Shown here: piece by piece, positions 62,240-64,000 of the stretch
Position numbering within the stretch: position 1 is the stretch's first letter
How the letters are laid out: each line of letters starts with the position of its first letter
Assembly: GCA_038042445.1 (NCBI GenBank)
Contig: JBBTED010000021.1
Coordinates: 890 to 64,889 of the forward strand
Direction: 5' to 3'
Length of the DNA: 64,000 bases
Source: Candidatus Firestoneibacteriota bacterium
GTDB taxonomy: Bacteria; Oederibacteriota; D2-FULL-39-29; JBBTED01
The notes under the pieces: model-generated
What the model was told of the DNA's origin: nothing
The model's input: the letters and a program-made list of their open reading frames with translations, nothing else
The model's database searches: none
Position numbers and translations under genes: made by a program

Positions 62240-63343
62240 TTAGAATTGCAAACCAAGAGAAATTGTATGTGTTCTTTCTTCTATTTGACCTGCATATTTG
62301 CCAAGCTCAACACCATACGTGGCATAATTCAGGAAAGAACCAATACCTAAGCCAAAACTTGGATATCCCTGATAAAATCCACCTCTGACTGCAAATATCT
62401 TTATAAAATCAATTTCTGCACCCATATAAACTTTGTTGAATAATGTAATATCACCGTCAAAAATATCATTTATATCAAGTGCCAAAGTTAAATCAGATAA
62501 TACACCTCCCAAATAATCTCCTAAAGGCCTATAAGCATAGCCAAATCCAAAATTTGGGCTCACACCATTATCACCTATGCGAGTATACACATCACGCCAA
62601 GCAAAAGCAACATTTGAATTGATTGTAGGAACTTTCAATAAAAATCCAAGGTCAAATCCATAACCCCACATTGGCGTTTCGTTCAAAACATTAAATTGAT
62701 CGACTGAAATGTCAGAAAATTCAAAAGCAAGTCTTTCATCATCTATTTTTTGTCTGCGAATTATTTTTGCTGTTATACCAGCATATAATCTGCTTCCATC
62801 TAAGTTAGCATCAAAAAAATCATTTAACTCAGATATAGATACTTCCTGCGCATAACCAACTGGCAATATAGTATCTAAATCTATCCTATATTTTAAAGTT
62901 GGAATAAACATTCCACCAATACTAATTCTTGCACCACCAACAGTAAATAATCCTATACCGAAATGTTTACCCACAAAACTTGCAGATACATTTGAGTTAA
63001 GTCTGATTTTTGCATTTGAAATTTTATCGATATCCGACTGTTTCCAGCTACTTAACTCACCCTTAAACTTATTCTGATTATCAATAAAATATTTCACTAA
63101 ATCAACAGTGCTTTGATTTGTTTCAAAACCAAGATACGGCAAAGCTAAACGCCATTTGCCTAAAATTGCCAAACCTGCAGGATTATAGAATAAAGCATTC
63201 TGGTCATCTGCTACTGCAATAAATGCTCCACCCATTCCAAGTGGTCTTATGCTTGACCAAGATGCAGGTGGCTCATCAGCTGCATAAGCGAAACCTGTCC
63301 AAAGAACAATACTTAATCCGAATAAAACTTTTAGTAACTTCAT
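62240..63343 (-). CDS. Outer-membrane beta-barrel (TraF_2/PorV/FadL-like)
   Basis: RPLGMGGAFIAVADD..ALFYNPAGL; terminal Phe; GGAGG SD before ATG 63343. Confidence 0.7.
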   Translation of the reverse strand: MKLLKVLFGLSIVLWTGFAYAADEPPASWSSIRPLGMGGAFIAVADDQNALFYNPAGLAILGKWRLALPYLGFETNQSTVDLVKYFIDNQNKFKGELSSWKQSDIDKISNAKIRLNSNVSASFVGKHFGIGLFTVGGARISIGGMFIPTLKYRIDLDTILPVGYAQEVSISELNDFFDANLDGSRLYAGITAKIIRRQKIDDERLAFEFSDISVDQFNVLNETPMWGYGFDLGFLLKVPTINSNVAFAWRDVYTRIGDNGVSPNFGFGYAYRPLGDYLGGVLSDLTLALDINDIFDGDITLFNKVYMGAEIDFIKIFAVRGGFYQGYPSFGLGIGSFLNYATYGVELGKYAGQIEERTHTISLGLQF

Positions 63344-63364
63344 TTTATTTTCCTCCATTTTTAT

Positions 63365-63419
63365 GTAACGGTCAGCGTAAGCTGACTTTATAACATCGTC
63401 CACCTAGTCGGACAACTAC
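63365..63419. repeat. Degenerate GTAG-type REP doublet
   Basis: gtaacggtcagcgtaagctgac...gtccacctagtcggacaactac. Confidence 0.45.
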
Positions 63420-63433
63420 ATAACAACCGATAC

Positions 63434-64000
63434 TTACGCTTTCTCTTCGTATTTTTCTATTTTAGATTTTACATCAACTAATACATCTTTTACCTTATTC
63501 CAAATCGTAAGTCCACCTTTGCTATTATCTATTGCTACTTGAATCCTCTCTACTGCTTTTGTCATATAATCCACTGTTGTAGTTTTTTCTCTAAGAATTC
63601 TTGAACCATCTGTTATTACATTACCTGCAAGATCTATCACAGTAATGGTTCCATCATCTTCTCGTCTTACTTTGTAATCTAACACATAATCATGATTGTT
63701 ATCCGCAATGTTGAATATTGCTCTTAATAGATACCCAAGCGCAAGATTTAAATTCACTTCAGGATTCTTGGATGAAATCCTTCCATCGCATCTACCTGAT
63801 GTTATTGGCTCAAGCATCTCCCATAATTTATCTCCCAATTCTTCAAGTTTTTTTACTCCACCAATTTTTGCAGGTAAAAATTTGTCTGGGTCAATTAATT
63901 CTGCTTTTACACTTGCTTGTCCTGAAAATGCAATAACTGGATATGCTATACTTTTGTTCTCATCACTATATGTCTTTGCCATTTCTGCTATATCAAGCCC
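63434..64000 (-). CDS. Hypothetical protein (5' end outside window)
   Basis: Frame open to window edge; no motif recognised. Confidence 0.6.
   Translation of the reverse strand, partial: GLDIAEMAKTYSDENKSIAYPVIAFSGQASVKAELIDPDKFLPAKIGGVKKLEELGDKLWEMLEPITSGRCDGRISSKNPEVNLNLALGYLLRAIFNIADNNHDYVLDYKVRREDDGTITVIDLAGNVITDGSRILREKTTTVDYMTKAVERIQVAIDNSKGGLTIWNKVKDVLVDVKSKIEKYEEKA

Overview
Low-GC bacterial chromosomal window, almost all genes on the minus strand. A PorV/TraF-like barrel and an FlgD/T9SS-like C-terminal domain suggest a diderm, possibly a candidate-phylum anaerobe (inference only). Housekeeping genes: rtcB, acyl-CoA synthetase, coaB, rlmD, gatCAB, pcrA, eno, gltX, rimI, cdsA-uppS-frr-pyrH and three tRNAs (Asp-GTC, Gln-CTG, Val-GAC). 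Two sulfur amino-acid clusters (Rrf2, ThiS-CysK fusion, thrC-like; metY, cysK, metX, metW, atypical radical SAM) share near-identical promoters and a candidate operator. Small accessory islets: DUF559/HEAT/RelBE before rlmD, AlbA_2/TIR-like/DUF1016 before gatC, and GIY-YIG/HNH/Fic/nucleotidyltransferase after tRNA-Gln. Intergenic spaces hold several palindromic repeat families. Most notable: (i) a TTATG...CATAA hairpin element whose end supplies the start ATG of three unrelated genes, (ii) a ThiS-CysK fusion with a buried GG motif, (iii) an inserted gene starting with a diverged copy of the first 14 rlmD codons, and (iv) a CX8CX2C radical SAM in the met operon, apparently starting at ATT. No CRISPR array, integrase or intact transposase was seen. 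All calls are by eye, without database searches.
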